From IMG/VR virus record IMGVR_UViG_3300029412_000011: a stretch of 39,788 nt of DNA; one strand, 5' to 3'. Origin of the DNA: a virus. Within the stretch, counting starts at the first letter, position 1. Each line of letters begins with the position of its first letter. The translations under genes were made by a program, and so were the position numbers. This document shows positions 8,310 through 17,466 of the stretch, piece by piece. The notes below the pieces were generated by a model, which saw nothing but the letters and a program-made list of their open reading frames with translations, had not been told where the DNA came from and did not search any database.

Positions 8310-8906
8310 ATGAAAAAGAACAGAATGAACTTAAGAATTTTTGAAAATAGCGGTGGTGCTGGTGCCGGAGAACCGGGAGGAAGTGCTGGAGGAGATAACA
8401 ATAATCAGAATAATGCTGGGAGCGGTGGACAGCCGACTTACAGTTACGCGCAGGCAGAGGAAATTGCTAACGCAAGAGCAGAGAGGGCAGAGCGTTCTGC
8501 ATTAAAATCATACTTTCAGCAGCAGGGTATGTCAGAAGAACAGGTGAACCAGGCAATTACTGATTATAAAGCCCAGCAGAAAAAGAACCAGCCGAATATT
8601 GAGCAGATGCAACAGGAACGTGATGCGGCACTTAAAGAAGCCCAGCAGATGAAGCAGGAGAAGTTCCTTTCAGGGAAAGGTGTAAAAGCGGAAGATGTTG
8701 ATTATGTCATGTTTAAGGTATCGAAGCTTGTAGATGATAAAACAACATTTGAAAAGGCTGCGGAAAAGTATTTAAAAGAGAATCCGAGATTTGTGGGAGG
8801 TTCTTCTTATAGAGTATCTACATCTACAGGAAGCGACTCTAACGGATCTGGAGGAAATGTAAATGCATCCATTAATGATGCGATTCGTGCAGCGGCAAGA
8901 AGATAG
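8310..8906 (+). CDS. Scaffolding protein
   Basis: Gly/Gln-rich N-terminus followed by a charged helical region, directly upstream of the capsid gene. GGAGG lies 8 nt before ATG 8310. The N-terminus is MKKNRMNLRIFE. Confidence 0.75.
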   Translation: MKKNRMNLRIFENSGGAGAGEPGGSAGGDNNNQNNAGSGGQPTYSYAQAEEIANARAERAERSALKSYFQQQGMSEEQVNQAITDYKAQQKKNQPNIEQMQQERDAALKEAQQMKQEKFLSGKGVKAEDVDYVMFKVSKLVDDKTTFEKAAEKYLKENPRFVGGSSYRVSTSTGSDSNGSGGNVNASINDAIRAAARR

Positions 8907-8909
8907 GAG

Positions 8910-9899
8910 ATGAATGAATTGAAAAGAGAAAGAATGAACTTAAGAATTTTTGAGGGCGATGCGACGATCATTGACCGTAGCGGTGCGGATTCCCTGATTC
9001 CGGTACAGGAAGCAAATGAGATTATCCAGGGAACAATCACACAGTCAGCGGTGCTGTCAAGAGGAAGAAAGCTTGCCAACATGACAAGCAAGCAGTATAA
9101 AGTTCCGGTTCTTGATATGTTACCAATCGCTTATTTTGTAAATGGTGATACTGGCCAGAAAAAGACAACTAAGCAGGCATGGGATAAGAAGTTTATTGTA
9201 GCAGAAGAGATTGCGGTTATTGTTCCAATCCCAGAATCTGTACTTGATGATTCAGAATATGATATTTGGGCCGAGGTAAAGCCAAGAGTAACGGAAGCTT
9301 TCGGAAAGGTTATTGATGGAGCCGTACTGTTTGGAACAGAAAAGCCATCTACATGGAGAGATGGAGTAGTTGCAACTGCAACAAAGGCAGGAACCGTAGT
9401 AACATACGGCACCGGTGATGATTTGTATGACAAGATCATGTCAGAAGATGGGGTTATCGCGAAAGTGGAAGACTGCGGCTATTTTGTAAACGGACATATG
9501 GCAGATATTTCTATGCGTGCAAAATTAAGAGGCCTTAAAGATACAAACGGAAATCCAATCTTCAAGAGCGATATGCAGGGAAGTACCAATTATGCTTTAG
9601 ATGGTTCTCCAATGAACTTCCCGAACAATGGAGCGTTTGACAAATCAAAGGCCCTTATGATTTCCGGAGATTTCAGTCAGCTTGTTTATGCAATCCGTCA
9701 AGATATTACATTTAAGTTATTTACCGAGGGCGTTGTCCAGAATACGGACGGAACGATTGCGTACAACTTGATGCAGAATGATATGGTTGCTCTTCGTGCT
9801 GTAATGCGTCTTGGATGGGAGATTCCAAACCCAATCAACTCATTAAAAACAGATAAAACAAAGAGATGTCCATTTGCTGTATTAAAAGCAGGAGAATAG
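8910..9899 (+). CDS. Major capsid protein (HK97 fold family)
   Basis: 329 aa, following the scaffold gene. The N-terminal ..KRERMNLRIFE pro-peptide matches the scaffold's. TTG 8919 is an alternative start with better SD spacing. Confidence 0.85.
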   Translation: MNELKRERMNLRIFEGDATIIDRSGADSLIPVQEANEIIQGTITQSAVLSRGRKLANMTSKQYKVPVLDMLPIAYFVNGDTGQKKTTKQAWDKKFIVAEEIAVIVPIPESVLDDSEYDIWAEVKPRVTEAFGKVIDGAVLFGTEKPSTWRDGVVATATKAGTVVTYGTGDDLYDKIMSEDGVIAKVEDCGYFVNGHMADISMRAKLRGLKDTNGNPIFKSDMQGSTNYALDGSPMNFPNNGAFDKSKALMISGDFSQLVYAIRQDITFKLFTEGVVQNTDGTIAYNLMQNDMVALRAVMRLGWEIPNPINSLKTDKTKRCPFAVLKAGE

Positions 9900-9910
9900 G
9901 CGGTGACTTT

Positions 9911-10285
9911 ATGGTAAGATATGCAGACCTTGCATTTTACATGACAGAGTACGGCGGTAATATTATCCCAAACGAGCAGTTCCAGCGTGTGATCACAAGA
10001 GCAAGCACATATATTAAGGCAATTACTTTTTCAAGAGTGGATGAAAACAATATTCCAGAGGAAGTGAAAGCTGCAGCCTGTGCAGTTGCGGAAGTTATTT
10101 ATAAAGCTGAAAGCTCTACGGAAGGGGAAAAGAAATCTGAAAATACAGATGGTTATAGCGTGACCTATGTAACAGAGCAGACAGACGGAGAAATCAAAGA
10201 AGTGATTCTTCGCAAGAAACAGTATGCTGCAGCATATCCGCATCTTGTCCTCACTGGGTTATTAAGCAGGGGGTGTTCAGGATGA
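9911..10285 (+). CDS. Head-tail connector/adaptor protein (gp6-like)
   Basis: About 124 aa, immediately after the capsid gene. Track ORF from 9866; ATG 9911 is the likely start. Confidence 0.6.
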   Translation: MVRYADLAFYMTEYGGNIIPNEQFQRVITRASTYIKAITFSRVDENNIPEEVKAAACAVAEVIYKAESSTEGEKKSENTDGYSVTYVTEQTDGEIKEVILRKKQYAAAYPHLVLTGLLSRGCSG

Positions 10286-10617
10286 TCACAAATGCATCTG
10301 CGACATTATATAGCCGGCAATATGACAATGAGAAAAGAATGGATGTCTGGAAAAAGACATTTATTGATAAAGTCTGGTGGCATGAATCAGAAGCTTCTGT
10401 GATTACTACAGAAGGATTGAAAAGCGCAGATGTTTTCGTGATTAGGATTCCAGATACATCAATTGTTATTAAAAAAGATGATTATCTCGTAAAAGGTGAG
10501 TGTGGTATTGATGTGACATCGGTCAAAGATTTAAAAGGCATGAAATATTGCAAAGTTACATCGGCAAATTACAATATATTTGGCTCTAACCAGCACATAA
10601 AAGTAGGTGGTGTATAG
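10282..10617 (+). CDS. Head closure / head-tail joining protein
   Basis: Assigned by size and position in the head-tail joining block; coupled starts and stops. Confidence 0.55.
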   Translation: MITNASATLYSRQYDNEKRMDVWKKTFIDKVWWHESEASVITTEGLKSADVFVIRIPDTSIVIKKDDYLVKGECGIDVTSVKDLKGMKYCKVTSANYNIFGSNQHIKVGGV

Positions 10618-11000
10618 TGACGGCAAAGAGAAACTTTGTAATTCAGACTCCGCGGGGAAGTATTTATACGGTAAAAACTGCAAATGGGACTGTAACAGCT
10701 AAGATGGAATGGAATCAAGGATTTTCTGGGCGAAGAGAAGCAGGTTTTAGTAAGGCACAGGGATTTATTGATTCTGAATGTATCAGAAGGATGAATCCAG
10801 AAACGCCACGATTAACAGGGGTGCTGATTAAGTCAGCAACCCTCGGAACAGTAATTGGTTCCGGAGAGATTAATCAGATCACACCCTATGCTCGTAGACA
10901 GTACTATGAACATAAAGAAAAGTCGCGTTGGTTCGAGCGAATGAAAAACAGGCATAAAGATAGTATCTTGAAAGGAGCACAGCAATATGCAGGAGGTTAA
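10617..11000 (+). CDS. Head-tail joining / minor capsid-type protein
   Basis: GTG start overlaps the upstream stop. Assigned by synteny. Confidence 0.55.
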   Translation: MTAKRNFVIQTPRGSIYTVKTANGTVTAKMEWNQGFSGRREAGFSKAQGFIDSECIRRMNPETPRLTGVLIKSATLGTVIGSGEINQITPYARRQYYEHKEKSRWFERMKNRHKDSILKGAQQYAGG

Positions 11001-11415
11001 TATTATTGATGCTATCCGTTCATTTATTCTGACTTGCCCATTTCTTGATGATTACAGGGTGAATGTAGACCATTTGTCAGAAAGTATGAGTTATTCTCTT
11101 GACCCGCTTCCTTGTGACCCAGTGTTACAGAAATATGTTGATGGTGGCAAGAAAAAACAGTTTCAGTTTGCCTTTACGAGCAAGGAGCAATATGACGAAG
11201 ATGCCAGAATCAATATCGAAAACAGCGGATTTTACCAAGCGTTTGAAGAATGGATGGAACAGCAGACAGAAAAAGGAGAAATGCCAAATCTCCCAAATGA
11301 AAAACAACATCCATATGAATTAGAAACATTAAACAGCGGCTATCTATATGATGCACAAGGCGAGTATGCCCAGTATCGTATAGAATGCCGCCTTCTTTAT
11401 ACACAGGAGGTATAA
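10987..11415 (+). CDS. Tail completion / minor capsid-type protein
   Basis: Synteny: the last gene before the major tail protein. Confidence 0.55.
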   Translation: MQEVNIIDAIRSFILTCPFLDDYRVNVDHLSESMSYSLDPLPCDPVLQKYVDGGKKKQFQFAFTSKEQYDEDARINIENSGFYQAFEEWMEQQTEKGEMPNLPNEKQHPYELETLNSGYLYDAQGEYAQYRIECRLLYTQEV

Positions 11416-11417
11416 AC

Positions 11418-11933
11418 ATGACAAAAGCAAAATTAGTTAGACGTAGCCAGAGAGTTGCGTTTTATGGCGTTCCAGTTTCTGGTAGTGAAGAAACCTCTAC
11501 ATACAACAGAATGGAGCATTTCACATCCTTGACGGAAGGAAAGAACCCAATCACATATGAGCGTCAGTATGTTGATAAAGATAGCCAGGACAGCGACGTA
11601 ACGGGATACGGAACAACTTTGGAATATGGATTTGATCATCATTCTGATGATCCAGTACTGGCGGATCTCGCAAAGGTCCAGGACGATGAACTTACTGGAG
11701 AGACACGAGATATTGTTGTAGTGGATTTCTTTGACAAGGGAGAATCTAAGAAAGATGATGAGTATGTAGCACGAAAGAGAACCTATTCCATCCTGCCAGA
11801 TTCTTCTGGAGATGGAACAGATGCATTGCAGTATTCAGGGAGTTTTTCTGTAAAAACAGATATCGTAAAGGGATATGCGAAAGTATCTCCTGACGGTAAA
11901 ACTTGTACATTCAGTGAGACAGTTACACCCTAA
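11418..11933 (+). CDS. Major tail protein
   Basis: AGGAGG SD then ATG 11418. 171 aa, in the position before the chaperones and tape measure gene. Confidence 0.7.
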   Translation: MTKAKLVRRSQRVAFYGVPVSGSEETSTYNRMEHFTSLTEGKNPITYERQYVDKDSQDSDVTGYGTTLEYGFDHHSDDPVLADLAKVQDDELTGETRDIVVVDFFDKGESKKDDEYVARKRTYSILPDSSGDGTDALQYSGSFSVKTDIVKGYAKVSPDGKTCTFSETVTP

Positions 11934-11993
11934 TGTGGCTGTCGATGTGCAGGCAGCGGAAGTAGAAGATGAAATTAAAAAGGAGATTGAGCC

Positions 11994-12410
11994 ATGAGCC
12001 AGAATGACAATGAAAGAATTTGGAAGATTAATGGACTTGAATTAGAATTGGATCTTGAAGATGCAGATATCTTTGAAAAAGTAATGAAGTCCTTTGAGCA
12101 GATGGATGCAGATGCAAATAGTCTTGATAAAGTAGGAAGTATGCCTGATTTTATTAGAGGATACTGCAATGTTCACTACAAATTCTATGACAGAGTATTT
12201 GGAGACGGAACGGGAGAGAAAATCTTTGGTGGTAAGAAAAACACCAGAATTTGTGATGAAGTCTATGATAATTTCCTTAACTTTATGCAGACAGCAGTTA
12301 AAAAAGCAAATGCAAGACGTTTTGAGATATCTAATAAGTATGCACCAAATAGAGAGCAGAGAAGAGGAAAAAAGAAGAATTTCAAATCCTATAACGGCGG
12401 TAAACGATGA
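11994..12410 (+). CDS. Tail assembly chaperone (gpG-like position)
   Basis: Acidic 138-aa protein between the major tail and tape measure genes. Confidence 0.55.
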   Translation: MSQNDNERIWKINGLELELDLEDADIFEKVMKSFEQMDADANSLDKVGSMPDFIRGYCNVHYKFYDRVFGDGTGEKIFGGKKNTRICDEVYDNFLNFMQTAVKKANARRFEISNKYAPNREQRRGKKKNFKSYNGGKR

Positions 12411-13000
12411 ATCCTTTGTACGAACCGTTTCCGGATTATGTAGTCGTAAATGACAAAAGAGTTCGGATTGTAACGGACTTCCGGGAATATATAAAGCTTA
12501 TAGATCTTTTAAAAGATGATGAAGTCAATACAATTGAGAAAGCAGAGCTCATTATGTCATGGTTTCTTGATGAACCGGCCGGAGAATTTTCAGAATGTTT
12601 GCAAGCACTATCCGACTTTGTAACGAATTATAGAGGTCGGGAAACGAGAAGCAATCGAGAGGAAGAAAACGATCAGGAGAGTGAGGAGCAGCATAATACG
12701 CCTGTAATATCATACAATCAAGATGCGCCATATATCATAGCTGGTTTTTTAGAATGCTATGGCATCGACTTAACAGAAGTGCCTTATATGCACTGGTGGA
12801 AGTTTCAGATGCTCATAGACGGCATGAATGAAGATTGTGAATTAAAGAAACGGATGGGCTATAGAAGCATTGATTTAAGTAAAATCAAAGATAAGGAAGA
12901 AAGAGAAAGGATTAGAAAAATCCAGAAGCAGATTGCGATTGTTGACCGGGTTGTAACCAGTGAAGAGATTGGAGATGCTTTTGGAAATATGATGTTTTGA
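12407..13000 (+). CDS. Tail assembly protein (Phage Gp15-like)
   Basis: ATGA overlap with the upstream gene. N-terminal YEPFPDYVVVNDKRVRIVTDFREYIKL resembles the Gp15 family. Confidence 0.55.
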   Translation: MNPLYEPFPDYVVVNDKRVRIVTDFREYIKLIDLLKDDEVNTIEKAELIMSWFLDEPAGEFSECLQALSDFVTNYRGRETRSNREEENDQESEEQHNTPVISYNQDAPYIIAGFLECYGIDLTEVPYMHWWKFQMLIDGMNEDCELKKRMGYRSIDLSKIKDKEERERIRKIQKQIAIVDRVVTSEEIGDAFGNMMF

Positions 13001-13001
13001 T

Positions 13002-13160
13002 ATGAATATAAAAGCAATTCCATTTGAGAGAAAATGGTACTCATGCCCGCACTGTGGAGCACATTTGCTGATTTATGATAACACGGCTCGAAGTAGTGGT
13101 GTTTTTTTGAAGTGTAAAAAGTGCGGAAGCGAGGTAGAAATAAAAATAAAGAATAAATGA
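13002..13160 (+). CDS. Small zinc-ribbon protein (Cys-rich KTR-like), 52 aa; below the ORF-track cut-off
   Basis: Hand translation gives MNIKAIPFERKWYSCPHCGAHLLIYDNTARSSGVFLKCKKCGSEVEIKIKNK, with CxxC...CxxC. Confidence 0.5.
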   Translation: MNIKAIPFERKWYSCPHCGAHLLIYDNTARSSGVFLKCKKCGSEVEIKIKNK

Positions 13161-13210
13161 TAGTGCATTAGTGAGCCATTGAGCCGTGCATATTCGAAAG
13201 GAGAATGTGT

Positions 13211-16200
13211 ATGGGTTACGATGGCTCTTTAAAATTTGATACGAAGATTGATGCGGATGGATTTAATTCTGGTATTTCTAAGATTAGTGGTGCTGCTAAA
13301 AAAGGACTTGCAATAACTGCTGGAGCGGTTGTTGGTGTGAGTGCAGCATTGGGAGCGATGACAAAACAATCTTTAGATTCTGTTTCCAAGCTGGAACAAA
13401 ATGTTGGCGGGGTAGAGACATTATTCAAGAAAAGTTCCAAGACTGTAATTGATAATGCAAATAAGGCTTATAAAACGGCTGGAATGTCTGCAAATGAATA
13501 TATGCAGAATGTAACTAGCTTTTCAGCATCGTTATTACAGAGTTGCGCAAAAGATACGAGCAAAGCAGCAAAAGTAGCCGATATGGCTATGATTGATATG
13601 TCTGATAATGCGAATAAGATGGGGACCAATATGGTAGATATCCAGAATGCATATCAGGGATTCGCAAAACAGAATTATACAATGCTGGATAATTTAAAGC
13701 TTGGATATGGCGGCACAAAATCGGAAATGGAAAGATTGCTTGCAGATGCGTCTAAGCTTTCAGGTGTTAAATACGATATTAGTAATCTCGCGGACGTATA
13801 CAATGCAATTCATGTCATTCAAAAAGAGTTAGGTATTACAGGAACGACATCTAAGGAAGCAGCCACAACAATCGAAGGCTCAATGAATAGCGCTAAGGCT
13901 GCATACGATAATTTTCTGAATGGTTCTGGAACCGCAGAAGAACTTGCGGACTCTATTACGGTTATGATGGAGAATATCGGTAAAAACTTAGGGGAAATTA
14001 TCCCTCGTTTAGCATCAACAATTCCTGAACTATTTAGCGATTTATGGGATGATATGCAAGGGCAGGTAGAGCAAGGAACTCAGATGGGAGCTGAAATAGC
14101 TACCAATATACTTCTTGGCATAACGCAAGGAGTTCCTGACTTTTTATCTGTAGGTGGTCAAATTATCTTGGCCTTAATAAGTTCGATAAGCTCAGCAACC
14201 CCGCGGTTGATTGAGTCGGCAGGACAAGCGGTACGTTCTATTAGTTCTGGTCTTGTTGAAGCATTGCCGCAAATTGTAGGCTGTGGAATGCAGATTGTTA
14301 CCGAAATAGGAACATCTATCACCCAGGCAGCCCCAACATTAATTCCTGAGGCAGTAGAAGTCATTGGGCAACTAGCTACCGGACTAACATCTGCATTGCC
14401 CCAGTTGATTGTAGTGGCAGGTCTGGCGATAAATGCGATTAGCACCGGAATTGTGCAGGCATTGCCGCAGTTAATTACTTATGGCTTGCAGATTATTACC
14501 CAGATAGGAAATGCAATATCACAAGCCGCTCCAGAACTGATACCTAAAGCGGCAGAAATTCTTGGACAACTTGCACTTGGATTCATCTCCGCACTCCCGC
14601 AGTTAATTACCGTAGGCATTCAGATAATCACATCAATTGCCCAGGGACTGATTAACTCAATACCACAGTTGATTGAGTATGTGCCACAGATTATTAATTC
14701 ATTCTGTGCGGCGATTGATACAGGATTATTGCAGTTAATTGCGGCCGGAGTAAAAATTATTGCCAATTTGATTATCGGAATTGTACAGGCTATACCTCAG
14801 TTAATTGCAGCATTGCCACAGATTGTTCTTGCTATTTATAACGTGTTTATGCATATTAACCTGCTCAGCGCAGGAAAGAGTATTATAGAGAGTTTAGTAA
14901 GTGGACTAAAGAGTTCAGCCACAAATGCAGTTGGAGCGGCAAAAAATATCTGTACATTCATTTGGAATCAGTTTGTAAAAACAGACTGGTTAAATCTTGG
15001 AAAGATTCTGATTAGAAAATTAGTTTCTGGAATCAGAGGAATGGGCGGCAATGCCGGAAGCGTAGCAAGGTCAATTGCACAGAAGATTTTTACAACAATT
15101 TCAAGTGTGAATTGGCTGAGTTTAGGTAAAACTGTTATTTCAAAGCTTATTTCGGGCTTGCTTAGTCTGGCCGGAAGGATGGGAAGTGCTGCAAAAAGTA
15201 TTGCAATGAAAGCGGTCAATGCGTTCAAGGGAATCAGTTGGGGAAGTGTTGGCACAAACATTGTAAGAGGTATTATTGGTGGCATTGGAGCAATGGCAGG
15301 CTCCTTGATAAGTAAAATGCAAGGACTTGCAAAAAGCGCTTTAGGTGCTGCCAAGAAAGCATTAGGGATTAAATCGCCTTCGAGAGTTTTTAAAAAACAA
15401 GTAGGTAAGCACATCGTAACCGGTATCATTGCTGGGGTTAATGCAGAGCAGAAGAATCTCAAAAAGACAATGAAAAAGCTCTGTGATACTGCTGTTTCTT
15501 CTGCGAAAAACGCTAGCAAAAAAGGAAATTTTGAAACAGTAGGCAAGACTTTTAAAGATGGTTTATCTACTGCAATTGATTCACAAGTTTCTAAGGCAAC
15601 GACAGCAGGAAAGAATCTGATAAATAAGCAGATTAAGTCTGGGAAGAATAAAGAGACAGATAAGTACGACAAAAAGATTAAGAGCTTAAATAAGCAGATT
15701 AAGAAAGCTAAAAAAGATAAGAAGAGTACAAAATCTTTAGAAAAACAGCTTGCTGAGGTTAAAAAGAAGAAAAAAGCGGTCACAGATACTTATTCCAGTT
15801 TAGGAAAATCTATGATTACCGTTTATGGCAATGCGCTAAAGCAGCAGGAAAAGAAAATCGTATCACAAGCAGAGAAAGATATTGAAGAACTATCTAAGAA
15901 GTATCAGGAAAAATACGATGATTTAATCCAGAAGCGTAGCAATATGATTTCTAAACTGAGAAGTACAGGCTCTCTGTATGACCTCGATGGAAATTTAGAA
16001 GCAATCAAAAATTACCAGAACAGAATCAAGGCATTAAAGAATAAAATCCCTGTATCATTGATGGAGCAGATTCTAGGGATGGATGTTGCAAATGCTAACG
16101 ATTACATGGAGTATCTGCAATCTTTAAGTACAAAAGATTTTAAACAGTACATAAGTAAATGGAATGAAATTTACAATGGTTCTGATAGTTTTGGAAAAGC

Positions 16201-16771
16201 TTTCTTTAAAGATGATATTGATAATCTTGGAAAAGAATATGAAGCGGTCTTATCCAAGAAATTGGATGGATTAAAAACACAATTAAATCAAATCGGCCAA
16301 AATTCTATGAAAGGTTTTATCTCTGGGATGAAATCACAAACCAAAGGAATGACAAAGGCCGTAAATGAGATGTGTAGCCAGCTAATCAAGAGTATGAAGA
16401 AGAAATTAAAAATCAAATCTCCTTCAAGAATAATGAGAGATAAGATTGGTAAATATCTTCCTCTTGGATTGGCAGCGGCATTTGAAAAATATATGCCGCA
16501 GGCAACAGCACAGATGGAAAAGGACATTGATGTTTCTTTAGATGCTATGAGAAAGAAGGTTGAGTCTGTAGAATATCCAGATACGCCAGGCTATAACGGG
16601 CAGGGTAGAAATAAGCAAGTTGTAATTGTACAGGATAATAAGCCTGTTGAAGTGAATGCAGAGATTCATACGACTGTAGAGCTGGACGGAAAGAAAGTCG
16701 GGAAACGAATAACCCCATATGTAAATAAGAATCTTGGAACGGAGCAGACGAAAGCAGAAAGGAGAAATTGA
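13211..16771 (+). CDS. Tape measure protein
   Basis: About 1186 aa. Contains helical/hydrophobic ALPQLI-type internal repeats and two KSPSR motifs. Canonical position. Confidence 0.9.
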   Translation: MGYDGSLKFDTKIDADGFNSGISKISGAAKKGLAITAGAVVGVSAALGAMTKQSLDSVSKLEQNVGGVETLFKKSSKTVIDNANKAYKTAGMSANEYMQNVTSFSASLLQSCAKDTSKAAKVADMAMIDMSDNANKMGTNMVDIQNAYQGFAKQNYTMLDNLKLGYGGTKSEMERLLADASKLSGVKYDISNLADVYNAIHVIQKELGITGTTSKEAATTIEGSMNSAKAAYDNFLNGSGTAEELADSITVMMENIGKNLGEIIPRLASTIPELFSDLWDDMQGQVEQGTQMGAEIATNILLGITQGVPDFLSVGGQIILALISSISSATPRLIESAGQAVRSISSGLVEALPQIVGCGMQIVTEIGTSITQAAPTLIPEAVEVIGQLATGLTSALPQLIVVAGLAINAISTGIVQALPQLITYGLQIITQIGNAISQAAPELIPKAAEILGQLALGFISALPQLITVGIQIITSIAQGLINSIPQLIEYVPQIINSFCAAIDTGLLQLIAAGVKIIANLIIGIVQAIPQLIAALPQIVLAIYNVFMHINLLSAGKSIIESLVSGLKSSATNAVGAAKNICTFIWNQFVKTDWLNLGKILIRKLVSGIRGMGGNAGSVARSIAQKIFTTISSVNWLSLGKTVISKLISGLLSLAGRMGSAAKSIAMKAVNAFKGISWGSVGTNIVRGIIGGIGAMAGSLISKMQGLAKSALGAAKKALGIKSPSRVFKKQVGKHIVTGIIAGVNAEQKNLKKTMKKLCDTAVSSAKNASKKGNFETVGKTFKDGLSTAIDSQVSKATTAGKNLINKQIKSGKNKETDKYDKKIKSLNKQIKKAKKDKKSTKSLEKQLAEVKKKKKAVTDTYSSLGKSMITVYGNALKQQEKKIVSQAEKDIEELSKKYQEKYDDLIQKRSNMISKLRSTGSLYDLDGNLEAIKNYQNRIKALKNKIPVSLMEQILGMDVANANDYMEYLQSLSTKDFKQYISKWNEIYNGSDSFGKAFFKDDIDNLGKEYEAVLSKKLDGLKTQLNQIGQNSMKGFISGMKSQTKGMTKAVNEMCSQLIKSMKKKLKIKSPSRIMRDKIGKYLPLGLAAAFEKYMPQATAQMEKDIDVSLDAMRKKVESVEYPDTPGYNGQGRNKQVVIVQDNKPVEVNAEIHTTVELDGKKVGKRITPYVNKNLGTEQTKAERRN

Positions 16772-17466
16772 TGTTTGATGTAAAGATTGGAGATTACAGC
16801 ATGTATAAAGATTTCGGATTACGTGCATTATCAATTGATCCAGGAACCGCAGAAGTAGATGAGAAGTTCAAGGAGATTCCTGGGAGGAATGGAGATTTAG
16901 ATTTGACAGATGCACTAACAGGATTTCCTGTCTACAAAAATACAACAATGAAACTCACATTTGATTTTAAAGATGGCAACTACGATTTATGGCTTATGCG
17001 AGCAAGTGAGTTAAGGAATACGCTGCATGGAAAAAGAATGAGGGTAGTTCTTGGGAAAGATGATTTTTTTTATGAAGGTAGGGTTTCTGTGAACACAGAG
17101 AAATTGAATAGAAGATATAGCTCTGTGGAGATAACAGTAAATCGTGATCCGTATAAATTAGAGTTGTATTCATCCTTAGAAAATTGGTTGTGGGATTCTT
17201 TTAATTTTGAAACAGGAATTGTTAGGAATTATAAAGATTTGCAAGTGAAAGGAAACTTGGAAGTTATTATTCCAGGAAGAACAATGAGGGTTATCCCGGT
17301 ATTTGATTGTAGCGAAGAAATGACGGTAAGTTATAATGGTATAATTTACAATCTTCTAAAAGGCAAGAGTAAATCCCCTGACTTATTGTTAGGGGAAGGA
17401 GATAATACGCTGATATTTACTGGGAATGGAACGGTATCTGTAGATTATCGTGGAGGCAGTTTGTAA
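16768..17466 (+). CDS. Distal tail protein (Dit, siphovirus tail component)
   Basis: Follows the tape measure gene with an ATGA overlap. 232 aa. Confidence 0.75.
   Translation: MMFDVKIGDYSMYKDFGLRALSIDPGTAEVDEKFKEIPGRNGDLDLTDALTGFPVYKNTTMKLTFDFKDGNYDLWLMRASELRNTLHGKRMRVVLGKDDFFYEGRVSVNTEKLNRRYSSVEITVNRDPYKLELYSSLENWLWDSFNFETGIVRNYKDLQVKGNLEVIIPGRTMRVIPVFDCSEEMTVSYNGIIYNLLKGKSKSPDLLLGEGDNTLIFTGNGTVSVDYRGGSL

Noticed and set aside
12368-12374. A AAA AAG heptamer near the end of the chaperone gene as a gpG/gpGT-type -1 frameshift site
   Set aside because: After a -1 slip the frame hits TAA at 12392-12394, only 7 codons later and before the ATG of the next gene. No extended fusion product is possible.
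14150-14850. Periodic repeats in the tape measure gene considered as a repeat array or CRISPR
   Set aside because: They are in-frame degenerate protein repeats (..ALPQLI..), typical of tape measure proteins. There is no repeat-spacer organisation.
14968-15783. 271-aa antisense ORF inside the tape measure gene, and similar antisense ORFs at 20734..21207, 34809..35276, 36219..36659 and 38297..38740
   Set aside because: They are shadow ORFs opposite well-supported genes. They have low-complexity or hydrophobic composition and no SD.
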